Source: Pseudoduganella sp.
Lineage (GTDB): Bacteria > Pseudomonadota > Gammaproteobacteria > Burkholderiales > Burkholderiaceae_D
Assembly: GCA_039593775.1 (NCBI GenBank)
Contig: JBCNOP010000003.1
Location: 19,521 to 83,520, forward strand
Length of the DNA stretch: 64,000 nucleotides
Direction: 5' to 3'
A program made the translations under genes and the position numbers. The first letter of the stretch is position 1; the number at the start of each line of letters is the position of its first letter. Below are positions 49,865 through 59,360 of the stretch, one piece after another. The notes under the pieces were generated by a model. It ran no database searches. It was given only the letters and a program-made list of their open reading frames with translations, and was not told where the DNA came from.

Positions 49865-52800
49865 ATGTTTTCCCGCTCGCTGATTGCTGCCATCCTGTTT
49901 GCAGCAGGCGTGGCCGCGCAAGCCGCGCCGCCACGCCTGCTCGCCGATTTCACCCACACCGCCTGGACCGGCCTGCAAGGCGCCCCCAGCGACGTCGTCA
50001 AGTTCGCACAGACGCAGGATGGCTGGCTGTGGATTTCCTCGCCGGGCGGCTTGCAGCGTTTCGACGGCGCCCGCTTCGAACGCGTCGAAACCCTGGCCGG
50101 GCACCGCCTGCGCTCGTCCAGCACCATGGGCTTGCTGGCCACGCGCGACGGCGGCTTGTGGATCGGCCACCGCTTCGGCGGCATTACCGCACTGGTGGGC
50201 GGCAAGGTGCGCGAATACGGCGCGGCGCAAGGCTTGCCGCCATCCGCCGTCTTTAGCCTGACCGAAGGGCCGGACGGCAGCATCTGGGCTTGCACCAGCG
50301 GCGGGCTGGCCCAGCTCAAACCGGGAGCCGCACACTTTGTCCATCTCGCGCCCGACACCGGCCTGCCGGCCGGGCCGCTGCGCCAGGTGCTGTTTGCACG
50401 TGACGGGCGGCAATGGGTGTCGGTGCAGGGCGGCGTGTACTGGCGCGATGGCGAACAGCCCTTCCGCCGCGCCTGGCCCTACCTGGACCTGATGGCCATG
50501 GCGGAAGGGCCGGACGGCACCATGTGGGCGACCGATGGCGTCAACCGCGGCTATCGCCTGCAGGCGGAAGCGCCATCCGGCAAGCCTGAGCCGCGCCCGG
50601 CATTCGCCGCCAACGGCATCCACTTCGACCGCAGCGGCACCATGTGGCTGCTGAAGGGCGACGCGCTGGAACGGGTGCCGGCCAGCAGCATCGGCAGCAG
50701 CGACGCCACCCAGCAGCTGACGCGCGAAAGCGGCATCAGCGGATCGCTGCCGCAAACCTGGTTTGAAGACCGCGAAGGCAATATCTGGATCGGCACCTCG
50801 TCCGGCCTGGACCGGCTGCGCCGCAACCGCCTGCGCGTGCTGGCCACCGGAACGGTGCTGGACCACCCCGGCATACTGGCCGACAGCGACGGCCGCATCC
50901 TGATCGGCAACATGGCCGGCGCCGTCTACAGCTACAGCGCCGATGGCCAGCGGCTGCGGCGCGAAGCCAATATGATGACGGCTGGCTACCGCGCGCCGGA
51001 CGGTGCGCTGTGGATCGGCAATGCCAACGAACGCTGGCGCCGCGCGCCGTCCGGGCTGGTGTCCTGGTATCCGCATCCGGCCGCCTACGCGGGCCACGAC
51101 GTGCAAGCAATGACGCTCGATGGCGAGGGCAGCATGTGGCTGTCGATTTCGCGCAAGGGCCTGTTCCGCGCCGACGGCAACAGCTGGATCAAGGACGGCG
51201 GCGTGCCCGGCCTGCCGGAAGGCATCGTGCCTGCCGTCGCCACCGATGCCCAGGGCCGCGTGTGGGCCGCCTATCTTGGCAGCCGCGTCGCCGTCATCGA
51301 GCATGGCAAGGCGCGCGTGTTCGGCGAAGCGGATGGCATCCAGCTTGGCAACGTGCTGTCGCTGCTGGCTGACGGCCCGCGCGTTTGGGCCGGCGGCGAG
51401 TACGGCGTGGGCTGGTTCGACGCGGCAGGTTTCCACATGGTGAACGCGGCGCTGCGCGGCATCTCCGGCATGGCGCGCACGGCGCAGGGCGAGCTTTGGC
51501 TGCATGGCTCGGAGGGCATTACGCGTATTGCGGCGCCCGAGGTGGCAGGACTGCTGGCGCCCGGCGGCGCGCGCGAAGCGCTGCGCTTCGAGCGCTTCGA
51601 TGCGCAGGACGGTTTGCTGGGCAGCGCCGAGCAGTTCCGCCCCCTGCCTTCGCTGGTGCAGGGCAGCGACGGGCGGCTGTGGTTTTCCACCGCCAGCGAG
51701 GTCGCCAGCATCGATCCGGCGCAGATCGCTCGCAATCCCCTGGCGCCTTCGGTGCAGATCCGCGCGCTGCGCTCGGGCGGCGCTTCCTACCTGCCGCTGC
51801 CCGAAGTGCGTCTGCCCCAGGGCAGCAAGGACGTGGAGATCGCCTTCACGGCCCTCAGCCTGTCGATGCCGGAGCGCGTGCACTTCAGCTATATGCTGGA
51901 AGGGGTCGACAGCGGCTGGCAGGACGTGCAGGGCCGGCGCGAAGCCTTTTATACCAACCTGCAGCCGGGCAGCTACCGCTTCCGCGTCATTGCCGCCAAC
52001 GAGGACGGCGTGTGGAACGGCGAAGGCGCCACGCTGCAGCTGGACATTCCGCCCACCTTCACCCAGACCCGCTGGTTCACCGCCCTGCTGGTGGGCGCCG
52101 GCGTGCTGGTCCTGGCGGCGCTGTATGCGCTGCGCGTGCGCCAGCTGACGGCGCGCATGCAGGACCTGCTGCAGGAACGCCTGGCCGAACGGGGCCGCAT
52201 CGCGCGCGGCCTGCACGACACCCTGCTGCAAAGCGTGCAGGGCCTGATCATGCTGTTCGACCGCCAGGCGGCGCGGCTGGCGCCCGGCAGCGAGGAAAAG
52301 GCCAAGCTGGAACAGACGCTGGAGCTGGCTGACCAGCTGATGGCCGAAGGCCGCAACACCATCATGGACCTGCGCGCCAGCGGCGAGCCGGAAGAACTGG
52401 CGCAGGCGCTGCGCCAGTACGGCACGGTGCTGCTGCCGGGCCGCTTCCAGCTCGAACTGCAGCACATCCCGCGTGCCATGCCCTCCCATGTGCATAGCGA
52501 AGTGCTGTCGATTGCGCGCGAAGCGCTGTTCAATGCGGCGCGCCACGCCGAAGCTTCCAACGTGCGCCTGCTGCTCGACTACGACGCCCGCACCTTCCTG
52601 CTGGAAGTGCGCGACGACGGCCGTGGACTGCCGGCCGACTGCGCCGCGGGCACGGCGGCCGGGCTGCCGGCCCGCCCCGGCCACTTCGGCCTGGTTGGCA
52701 TGCGCGAGCGCGCCGCGGCCATGGGCGCCACCTGCACGCTGGTCACGCCGGCCGGCGGCGGCACCGTGGTGCGCCTGCAGATGCCGGCGCAACTGGCTTA

Positions 52801-52894
52801 CGCCGAGCGGCGCAAAGCGGGCTGGTGGGGCAGACTGCAACGCAGGCTTGCCAGCCAGGCGATGCTCCCGGGTAAGATAGCTGCCGGAAAATAA
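49865..52894 (+). CDS. Sensor histidine kinase: periplasmic beta-propellers, Y_Y_Y, TM, HisKA_3, HATPase
   Basis: Repeated 'DGxLW' blades; 'YTNLQPGSYRFRVIAANEDGVW'; H-box 'ERGRIARGLHDTLLQ'; 'REALFNAARH', 'DDGRG', 'HFGLVGMRER'. Confidence 0.93.
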   Translation: MFSRSLIAAILFAAGVAAQAAPPRLLADFTHTAWTGLQGAPSDVVKFAQTQDGWLWISSPGGLQRFDGARFERVETLAGHRLRSSSTMGLLATRDGGLWIGHRFGGITALVGGKVREYGAAQGLPPSAVFSLTEGPDGSIWACTSGGLAQLKPGAAHFVHLAPDTGLPAGPLRQVLFARDGRQWVSVQGGVYWRDGEQPFRRAWPYLDLMAMAEGPDGTMWATDGVNRGYRLQAEAPSGKPEPRPAFAANGIHFDRSGTMWLLKGDALERVPASSIGSSDATQQLTRESGISGSLPQTWFEDREGNIWIGTSSGLDRLRRNRLRVLATGTVLDHPGILADSDGRILIGNMAGAVYSYSADGQRLRREANMMTAGYRAPDGALWIGNANERWRRAPSGLVSWYPHPAAYAGHDVQAMTLDGEGSMWLSISRKGLFRADGNSWIKDGGVPGLPEGIVPAVATDAQGRVWAAYLGSRVAVIEHGKARVFGEADGIQLGNVLSLLADGPRVWAGGEYGVGWFDAAGFHMVNAALRGISGMARTAQGELWLHGSEGITRIAAPEVAGLLAPGGAREALRFERFDAQDGLLGSAEQFRPLPSLVQGSDGRLWFSTASEVASIDPAQIARNPLAPSVQIRALRSGGASYLPLPEVRLPQGSKDVEIAFTALSLSMPERVHFSYMLEGVDSGWQDVQGRREAFYTNLQPGSYRFRVIAANEDGVWNGEGATLQLDIPPTFTQTRWFTALLVGAGVLVLAALYALRVRQLTARMQDLLQERLAERGRIARGLHDTLLQSVQGLIMLFDRQAARLAPGSEEKAKLEQTLELADQLMAEGRNTIMDLRASGEPEELAQALRQYGTVLLPGRFQLELQHIPRAMPSHVHSEVLSIAREALFNAARHAEASNVRLLLDYDARTFLLEVRDDGRGLPADCAAGTAAGLPARPGHFGLVGMRERAAAMGATCTLVTPAGGGTVVRLQMPAQLAYAERRKAGWWGRLQRRLASQAMLPGKIAAGK

Positions 52895-52903
52895 GGATTT
52901 AGG

Positions 52904-55879
52904 ATGTCGATATCACGCTGGCTGGTGTTGATTCTGTATTGGCTGCTCACGCTGGCCGCACATGCCGCCCCGGCGGTCAACAGCGCGCCGGAGCTGTTCC
53001 CGGACGGACAATCTTATGAGCGGCGGCGCTGGACACAGGCGGACGGCGCCCCGCAGCAGGGCCTGACGATCGCCCAGACCGATGACGGCCTGTTGTGGTT
53101 TGCTTCCGCTGTCGGGCTCTACAGCTTTGATGGCGTGCATTTCCGCAAGGTCAGCAAGGTCTACGGCCACGACCTGCTCTCGACCAACGTCATGTATGCC
53201 GGCAAGGTGGCCGGCGGCCTAATCGTCGGCTATTACTTCGGGGGCATCAGCATTTTCACGCCGGAGCGCGTGATCCATTATCGGGCCGGCCAGGGCTTGC
53301 CGTACGGTTCAGTGATGGCCATCAGCATCGCCAAGGATGGCACCATCTATGCCGCTACGGGCGGCGGGCTGGCCATGCTGCGAAACGGCAGATGGCAGCT
53401 AGTGGGGCAAGACTCGCTGCCCAAAGGCTATGTGCGCTGGGTCGATCACGACCTGTCCGGCCGGCTGTGGGTGGACGTCGCCTCGAACTATTACGTACGG
53501 CCGCTGGACAGCCAACGCTTTGTCCCGGTCCCTGTGTCCGTTTCCGTTCCGATGCAATCCCAGCTGGTCCACTGGCGCAGGGACGGCTTGTACGCACTGC
53601 TGCCAGGCCAGGACTTGCAAGTGCTGGAACCCCAGTCGGCCACGCCTCCGGCCGGGCTTGACCATGCGCAGATGTACCTGAACCCACCCATGCAGGGACC
53701 GGACGGTACCGAGTGGGCAGGCCGCGCGGACGGCCTGGTGCGCCTGGTGCGCGGCAAAGATAACGTGCTGCGTGCGGCCGAGCTCTTTACCGGCAATATT
53801 TCCCGGGAAGAGATCATGCACCGCGCGCTCGCCGATCGCGAGGGAAATTTCTGGGTGGTCACCTCCGGCGGCGTGGAACGCTTCCGGCGCCATCGCTTTC
53901 ACCGCCTGGAAACGCCGGGCAGTTCATTTCACTGGCTGGCGCAGCGCGGCTTAGGCGAAGAACTCTGGCTGGGTGCCCTGCGTTACCCGCTGGTGCGCAT
54001 CAAGGCCGACGGCAGCCGGCAGCAGACAACGCTCGATACGCCGAGCGCCTTGCTGCGCCTGGGACCCGACAACGTCTGGGTAGGCAGCGCCGGGCTGTGG
54101 CAATTCCATGGCCAGACGCAGCAGCACTGGGCTCTTCCGCCCGGCCTGGCACCGGGTGCCGATATCCAGGCCTTGGCTGCGGAAGGCGATGGCCGCCTGC
54201 TGGTATCGATCGCGCGCCACGGCCTGTGGACCTTTGCCAACGGCGAGTGGCGCCAGGACCCGCGCCTGCAGGGCCTGGATGATCCGACCCCGATCAGCAT
54301 GCTGACCGACGCCGGCGGCAGGACCTGGCTTGGCCTGACCCGCAACCGGCTGCTTGAGCTGACAGCGGGAGCGGCCAGGCCGCTGGCAGCCGGTGCCGGC
54401 CTCCAGGTCGGCAACGTGTACTGCCTGCAGGACTTTGGCGGCAAGCTGCTGGTGGGAGGCGACCACGGTGTCGCCTGGGTTGACGGTGGCCGGGCGCACG
54501 TGCTCAAGCTGCAGGGCATGGAGAACCTGGACCGCGTTACCGGCCTGGTGCTGGACCGCCAGGGCAGCCTGTGGATACACAGCAATGACGGCCTGCACCG
54601 CGTCAAGGCGCAAGCCCTGGCGCAGTTCTGGCAAATGCCGGCGCAAGCGCTGGAGGCCGAACTGTTCAACTTCGAGGATGGCGTCAGCGGCATGGCGCCG
54701 GCGGCGCGGCCGCTGCCATCCCTGGCGCTGGCGCAAGATGGGCGGCTATATTATGCAACCGTGACGAAAGTAGGCTGGATCGACCCGGCCACCATCCCGC
54801 GCAACGAGCGTGCGCCAACGGTGCTGCTGCAATCCCTGCGCACGCCGGCGCGCGAGTACCTGCCTGCCGGCCGGCTGGTGCTGCCGCAGCAGACCACCTC
54901 GATCGAGCTGGCCTTCACTGCCACCGCGCTGTCGATTCCGGAACGGGTGCGCCTGAAATTTCGCCTGGATGGCGTCGACCGCGGCTGGCGCGAGGCAGGC
55001 CGCGAACGCAGTGCGCAGTACACCAACCTGGCGCCCGGCAGCTACCGCTTCCACGTCATTGCCGCCAATGAGGACGGCGTGTGGAATACCGAGGGCGCCC
55101 AGTTCCGCTTCGAGATCGAGCCAGCCTTCTGGCAGACCGGCTGGTTCCACCTGGCCTGCGCGCTGGCAGCACTGGCGGCAGGCGTGCTGCTGTACCGCTG
55201 GCGCATCGGCGTGATCGAGCGCCGCGCGGAACAGCACGCCGCGCTGCGGGCCGAGGCGACGCTGCAGGAGCGCAGCCGGATAGCGCGCTCGCTGCACGAC
55301 AACCTGCTGCAGGCGGTGCAGGCGCTGCTGCTGCGTTTCCACCTGGTGGAACAAAAGCTGGCCAAGGAGCCTGAATTGCAATCCATGGTGGGCAGCGCCC
55401 TCGATTACGCCGAATCGGTGGTCGCCATCACGCGCGACGAGGTAATGGAGTTGCGCCGCGCGCAGGATGCCGACGAACTGTTTGCGGCGTTGCGCCATGC
55501 CGCCTCCCAGGCGGCGCCGGGCGACGAACTGCGCCTCAGCTGCACCATCGTCGGCCAGCCGCGCCCCTTGCGCGCCGACAGCTGCGCCGAACTGGCCAGC
55601 GTGCTGCGCGAAGCAGTGCTGAACAGCGTGGCGCATGCCGAGGCGCAGCACATCGAGGTGCGCCTGACCTTCCGCGACGATGCCTTGCTGGCGGAAGTGC
55701 GCGACGACGGCGTTGGCCTGGATGCAGCGGTGGCGCTGCATGGCAAGAGCGGTCACTGGGGCATTCCCGGCATGCGCGAGCGCATCGGGCGCCTGGGCGG
55801 GCAGATCGAGATCGCGTCCGCCGGCAAGGGCGGCGTGGCGGTGAGCCTGTCGATTCCGGCGCAGCAGGCGTATGCCTGA
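52904..55879 (+). CDS. Second sensor histidine kinase of the same architecture
   Basis: 'YTNLAPGSYRFHVIAANEDGVW'; H-box 'ERSRIARSLHDNLLQ'; 'DDGVG', 'HWGIPGMRER'. Confidence 0.93.
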   Translation: MSISRWLVLILYWLLTLAAHAAPAVNSAPELFPDGQSYERRRWTQADGAPQQGLTIAQTDDGLLWFASAVGLYSFDGVHFRKVSKVYGHDLLSTNVMYAGKVAGGLIVGYYFGGISIFTPERVIHYRAGQGLPYGSVMAISIAKDGTIYAATGGGLAMLRNGRWQLVGQDSLPKGYVRWVDHDLSGRLWVDVASNYYVRPLDSQRFVPVPVSVSVPMQSQLVHWRRDGLYALLPGQDLQVLEPQSATPPAGLDHAQMYLNPPMQGPDGTEWAGRADGLVRLVRGKDNVLRAAELFTGNISREEIMHRALADREGNFWVVTSGGVERFRRHRFHRLETPGSSFHWLAQRGLGEELWLGALRYPLVRIKADGSRQQTTLDTPSALLRLGPDNVWVGSAGLWQFHGQTQQHWALPPGLAPGADIQALAAEGDGRLLVSIARHGLWTFANGEWRQDPRLQGLDDPTPISMLTDAGGRTWLGLTRNRLLELTAGAARPLAAGAGLQVGNVYCLQDFGGKLLVGGDHGVAWVDGGRAHVLKLQGMENLDRVTGLVLDRQGSLWIHSNDGLHRVKAQALAQFWQMPAQALEAELFNFEDGVSGMAPAARPLPSLALAQDGRLYYATVTKVGWIDPATIPRNERAPTVLLQSLRTPAREYLPAGRLVLPQQTTSIELAFTATALSIPERVRLKFRLDGVDRGWREAGRERSAQYTNLAPGSYRFHVIAANEDGVWNTEGAQFRFEIEPAFWQTGWFHLACALAALAAGVLLYRWRIGVIERRAEQHAALRAEATLQERSRIARSLHDNLLQAVQALLLRFHLVEQKLAKEPELQSMVGSALDYAESVVAITRDEVMELRRAQDADELFAALRHAASQAAPGDELRLSCTIVGQPRPLRADSCAELASVLREAVLNSVAHAEAQHIEVRLTFRDDALLAEVRDDGVGLDAAVALHGKSGHWGIPGMRERIGRLGGQIEIASAGKGGVAVSLSIPAQQAYA

Positions 55880-55899
55880 AACACAGGCGCCGCCGGCCA

Positions 55900-55967
55900 T
55901 CCCCCAAAAGAGGTAGGCGGCGCGCCCCCGGATGGGCGATTTCTTTGCGGCTACGGCTGGCTATTCT
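55900..55967 (+). promoter_or_regulatory. Candidate NarL-type 7-2-7 binding site(s) and -10 of the hydrolase operon
   Basis: TCCCCCA-aa-AGAGGTA (55900-15), a weaker GCCCCCG-ga-TGGGCGA (55924-39), and TATTCT at 55962-67. Confidence 0.4.
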
Positions 55968-56008
55968 TTCTAGTGCTTATTAACCACTTAAAGAAAGAAG
56001 AACTCACC

Positions 56009-56980
56009 ATGCCATCCCCTATCAGCAACCGCCGCCGCAACGTCCTGCTGGGCGCTGCCACCGCCGTCGCCGCCGCTGGCGCTTCCCTCTCCGCTACCGC
56101 ATCCGCTGCACCGGCCGCAGCCAAGGCTTCCGCAGCCACCGGCCGCACCTCCGGCACCTTCACCACGCGCGATGGCGTGGAAATCTATTACAAGGACTGG
56201 GGTCCGCGCAACGGCCCGGTCGTCGTGTTCAGCCACGGCTGGCCGCTGAATTCCGACAGCTGGGAATCGCAGATGCTGTTCCTGGCCGACCACGGCTACC
56301 GCACCATCGCCCACGACCGCCGCGGCCATGGCCGTTCCAGCCAGCCTTGGGAAGGCAACGACATGGACCACTACGCTGACGACCTGGCGCAGCTGCTGGA
56401 CCTGCTGGACGTGAAGAACGCAGCGCTGTTCGGCTTCTCCACCGGCGGCGGCGAAGTGGCGCGCTACCTGAGCCGCCATGGCAGCAAGCGTATCGCCAAG
56501 GCCGGCCTGATTTCCGCCGTGCCGCCGCTGATGCTGAAAACCGCCACCAACCCGGGCGGCCTGCCGATCGAAGTCTTTGACGGCATCCGCGCCGGCTCGC
56601 TGAAAGACCGCTCGCAGCTCTACCTGGACATCGCTTCCGGCCCGTTCTTCAACTTCAACCGCCCGGGCGCCAAGCCATCGCAAGGCATGATCAACGCCTG
56701 GTGGATGCAGGGCATGATGGCCGGCCACAAGAACACCTATGACTGCATCAAGGCTTTCTCGGAAACCGACTTCACCGCCGACCTGAAAAAGATCGACATC
56801 CCGATGCTGGTGCTGCACGGCGACGACGACCAGATCGTGCCGATCGACGCTTCGGCCAAAGCGGCGGCAAAACTGCTGAAAAATGCCAAGCTGGTGGTGT
56901 ACCCTGGCGCGCCGCATGGCCTGACCGATACCCACAAGGACAAGCTGAACGCCGACCTGCTGGCCTTCATCAAGGGCTAA
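56009..56980 (+). CDS. cpo: Non-heme chloroperoxidase/perhydrolase (alpha/beta hydrolase) with Tat-like signal
   Basis: 'NRRRNVLLG' plus Ala-rich leader; 'IYYKDWG', 'FSHGWPL', 'HDRRGHGRS', GFSTGG, 'HGDDDQIVP', 'PHG'. Confidence 0.9.
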   Translation: MPSPISNRRRNVLLGAATAVAAAGASLSATASAAPAAAKASAATGRTSGTFTTRDGVEIYYKDWGPRNGPVVVFSHGWPLNSDSWESQMLFLADHGYRTIAHDRRGHGRSSQPWEGNDMDHYADDLAQLLDLLDVKNAALFGFSTGGGEVARYLSRHGSKRIAKAGLISAVPPLMLKTATNPGGLPIEVFDGIRAGSLKDRSQLYLDIASGPFFNFNRPGAKPSQGMINAWWMQGMMAGHKNTYDCIKAFSETDFTADLKKIDIPMLVLHGDDDQIVPIDASAKAAAKLLKNAKLVVYPGAPHGLTDTHKDKLNADLLAFIKG

Positions 56981-56983
56981 TCC

Positions 56984-58429
56984 ATGGACCGCAAACTGAC
57001 CACCGCTGCCGGCGCGCCGGTAGCGGACAACCAGAACGTGGAAACGGCGGGCCCGCGCGGCCCCATGCTGCTGCAGGACGTCTGGCACCTGGAGAAGCTG
57101 GCCCACTTCCATCGAGAAGTGATCCCTGAGCGCCGCATGCATGCCAAGGGCTCGGGCGCTTTCGGCACCTTCACCGTGACGCACGACATCACGCGCTACA
57201 CCAAGGCTGCCATCTTTGGCGCGGTAGGCAAGAAGACCGAAGTGTTTGCGCGCTTCTCCACCGTCGCCGGCGAGCGCGGCGCGGCCGATGCGGAACGCGA
57301 TATCCGCGGCTTCGCCGTCAAGTTTTACACCGAGCAGGGCAACTGGGACGTGGTGGGCAACAACACGCCGGTGTTCTTCATGCGCGACCCGCTGAAGTTC
57401 CCTGACCTGAACCACGCCGTCAAGCGCGACCCGCGCACCAACCTGCGCAGCGCCGAAAACAACTGGGACTACTGGACCCTGCTGCCGGAAGCGCTGCACC
57501 AGGTGACCATCGTGATGAGCGAGCGCGGCATCCCTGCTTCGTACCGCCACATGCACGGCTTCGGCAGCCACACCTTCAGCTTCATCAACGCTGAAGGCGA
57601 GCGGCACTGGGTCAAGTTCCATTTCACCACCCAGCAAGGCATCGTCAACCTGAGCGACGAGGAAGCGGCGGCGCTGATCGCGAAGGACCGCGAATCCTCG
57701 CAGCGCGACCTGTACGAAGCGATCGAGCGCGGCGAATACCCGCGCTGGACGCTGAAGGTGCAGCTGATGACCGAGCAGCAGGCGGCGCAGGCAGCCTTCA
57801 ACCCGTTCGACCTGACCAAGGTCTGGCCGCACAAGGACTACCCGCTGCATGAAGTGGGCGTGCTGGAGCTGAACCGCAACCCGGACAACTACCATGCCGA
57901 CGTCGAGCAGGCCGCATTTACCCCGGCCAATGTGGTGCCGGGCATCGGCTTCTCGCCCGACCGCATGCTGCAATCGCGCCTGTTCGCTTATGGCGACGCA
58001 CAGCGCTACCGCCTGGGCGTCAACCACCATGCCATCCCGGTCAACACGCCGCGCTGCCCCTTCCACAGCTATCACCGCGACGGCGCCATGCGCGTCGACG
58101 GCAACCAGGGCGGCACCATCGGCTACGAGCCGAACTCGAAAGGCGAATGGCAGGAACAAGCTGCCTACGCCGAGCCGCCCCTGGCCCTGGACGGTGCTGC
58201 CGCGCGCTGGAACCACCGCGCGGATGACGACTACTACAGCCAGCCGCGCGCCCTGTTCCGCCTGATGGACGAGCAGCAGCGCCAGGCCCTGTTCGACAAC
58301 ACCGCGCGTTCGCTGGCCGGCGTGCCGCTGCACATCCAGCAGCGCCACATCGAAAACTGCAACAAGGCCGATGAAGCCTACGGCGCCGGTGTCTCGGCCG
58401 CGCTCGACAAGTTGCGCCCACTTTGGTAA
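56984..58429 (+). CDS. katA: Monofunctional small-subunit heme catalase
   Basis: '[17 protein letters not shown]', '[10 protein letters not shown]', 'VGNNTPVFF', proximal 'RLFAYGDAQ'. Confidence 0.95.
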   Translation: MDRKLTTAAGAPVADNQNVETAGPRGPMLLQDVWHLEKLAHFHREVIPERRMHAKGSGAFGTFTVTHDITRYTKAAIFGAVGKKTEVFARFSTVAGERGAADAERDIRGFAVKFYTEQGNWDVVGNNTPVFFMRDPLKFPDLNHAVKRDPRTNLRSAENNWDYWTLLPEALHQVTIVMSERGIPASYRHMHGFGSHTFSFINAEGERHWVKFHFTTQQGIVNLSDEEAAALIAKDRESSQRDLYEAIERGEYPRWTLKVQLMTEQQAAQAAFNPFDLTKVWPHKDYPLHEVGVLELNRNPDNYHADVEQAAFTPANVVPGIGFSPDRMLQSRLFAYGDAQRYRLGVNHHAIPVNTPRCPFHSYHRDGAMRVDGNQGGTIGYEPNSKGEWQEQAAYAEPPLALDGAAARWNHRADDDYYSQPRALFRLMDEQQRQALFDNTARSLAGVPLHIQQRHIENCNKADEAYGAGVSAALDKLRPLW

Positions 58430-58449
58430 ATCCACGAAAGGAAACACAA

Positions 58450-59106
58450 ATGACCATTACCGCTAAAGCCACCCCAGGCGCCATGCTTCTGACCCCGAAA
58501 GACCACACCCTGGTCATGATCGACCACCAGTCGCAGATGGCCTTCGCCACCCACTCGATCGACGCCGTCACCCTGCGCAGCAACGCCGCCCTGGTGGCGC
58601 ATGCCGCCGCCGGCTTCGACGTGTCGACCATCATCACCAGCGTGGCCGAGAAGAGCTTCTCCGGCCCGGTGTTTGACGAGATCAAGGAAGCCTTCCCTGG
58701 CGCGGAAATCACCGACCGCACTTCGATGAACACCTGGGAAGACGAGAACGTGATCCGCCGCATCAACGCCATCGGCAAGAAGCGCATTGTGCTCGCAGGC
58801 TTGTGGACCGGCGTCTGCATCGTCGGCCCTGCGCTGTCGGCGCTGGACCAGGGCTTCGAGGTGTACGTGATCGCCGATGCCTGCGGCGACGTGTCGACCG
58901 AAGCGCACGAACGCGCCATGGACCGCATGGTGCAGGCTGGCGCACGTCCAATGACCTCGCTGCAATACCTGCTGGAACTGCAGCGCGACTGGGCGCGTAC
59001 CGGCACCTACGAGCTGACCACCGGCATCGCCAAGAAATTCGGCGGCGCTTACGGTTTGGGTATCATCTACGCACAGACCATGTTCCACGCCAAGGAAGGC
59101 CAGTGA
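58450..59106 (+). CDS. ycaC: YcaC-like isochorismatase-family cysteine hydrolase
   Basis: 'IDHQ', 'DRTSMNTW', 'GLWTGVC' (Asp-Arg-Cys), 'ELQRDW'. Confidence 0.9.
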   Translation: MTITAKATPGAMLLTPKDHTLVMIDHQSQMAFATHSIDAVTLRSNAALVAHAAAGFDVSTIITSVAEKSFSGPVFDEIKEAFPGAEITDRTSMNTWEDENVIRRINAIGKKRIVLAGLWTGVCIVGPALSALDQGFEVYVIADACGDVSTEAHERAMDRMVQAGARPMTSLQYLLELQRDWARTGTYELTTGIAKKFGGAYGLGIIYAQTMFHAKEGQ

Positions 59107-59360
59107 AGATTTATCTTCTCTCGCTGGGTGCCGGCCTGCTGGCCGGCATCCTGTACGGCGTGCTGAACGTGCGCTCGCCGGCGCCGCCCGTGGTGGCGCT
59201 GGTGGGGCTGCTCGGCATCCTGCTGGGAGAACAGGTGCCGCCGCTGGTTCGCCAGTGGCTGGCGCCGAAGGAACAGCAGGTATCCTGGCTGCATGAGCAG
59301 GTCAAGCCGCATTGTTTCGGCGAACTGCCATGCGCCGGCACGAAGGAGGACAAGCAATGA
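59103..59360 (+). CDS. XapX/DUF1427-family small membrane protein
   Basis: GTG start overlapping the ycaC stop; 'KIYLLSLGAGLLAGILYGVLNVRSPAPPVVALVGLLGILLGEQ'. Confidence 0.85.
   Translation: MKIYLLSLGAGLLAGILYGVLNVRSPAPPVVALVGLLGILLGEQVPPLVRQWLAPKEQQVSWLHEQVKPHCFGELPCAGTKEDKQ

Noticed and set aside
49601-52840. 1079-aa minus-strand ORF, and similar long antisense ORFs at 55988..58447, 59111..61354, 21534..23198 and 14149..15828
   Set aside because: Shadow frames of well-supported genes in high-GC DNA; no recognisable motifs.
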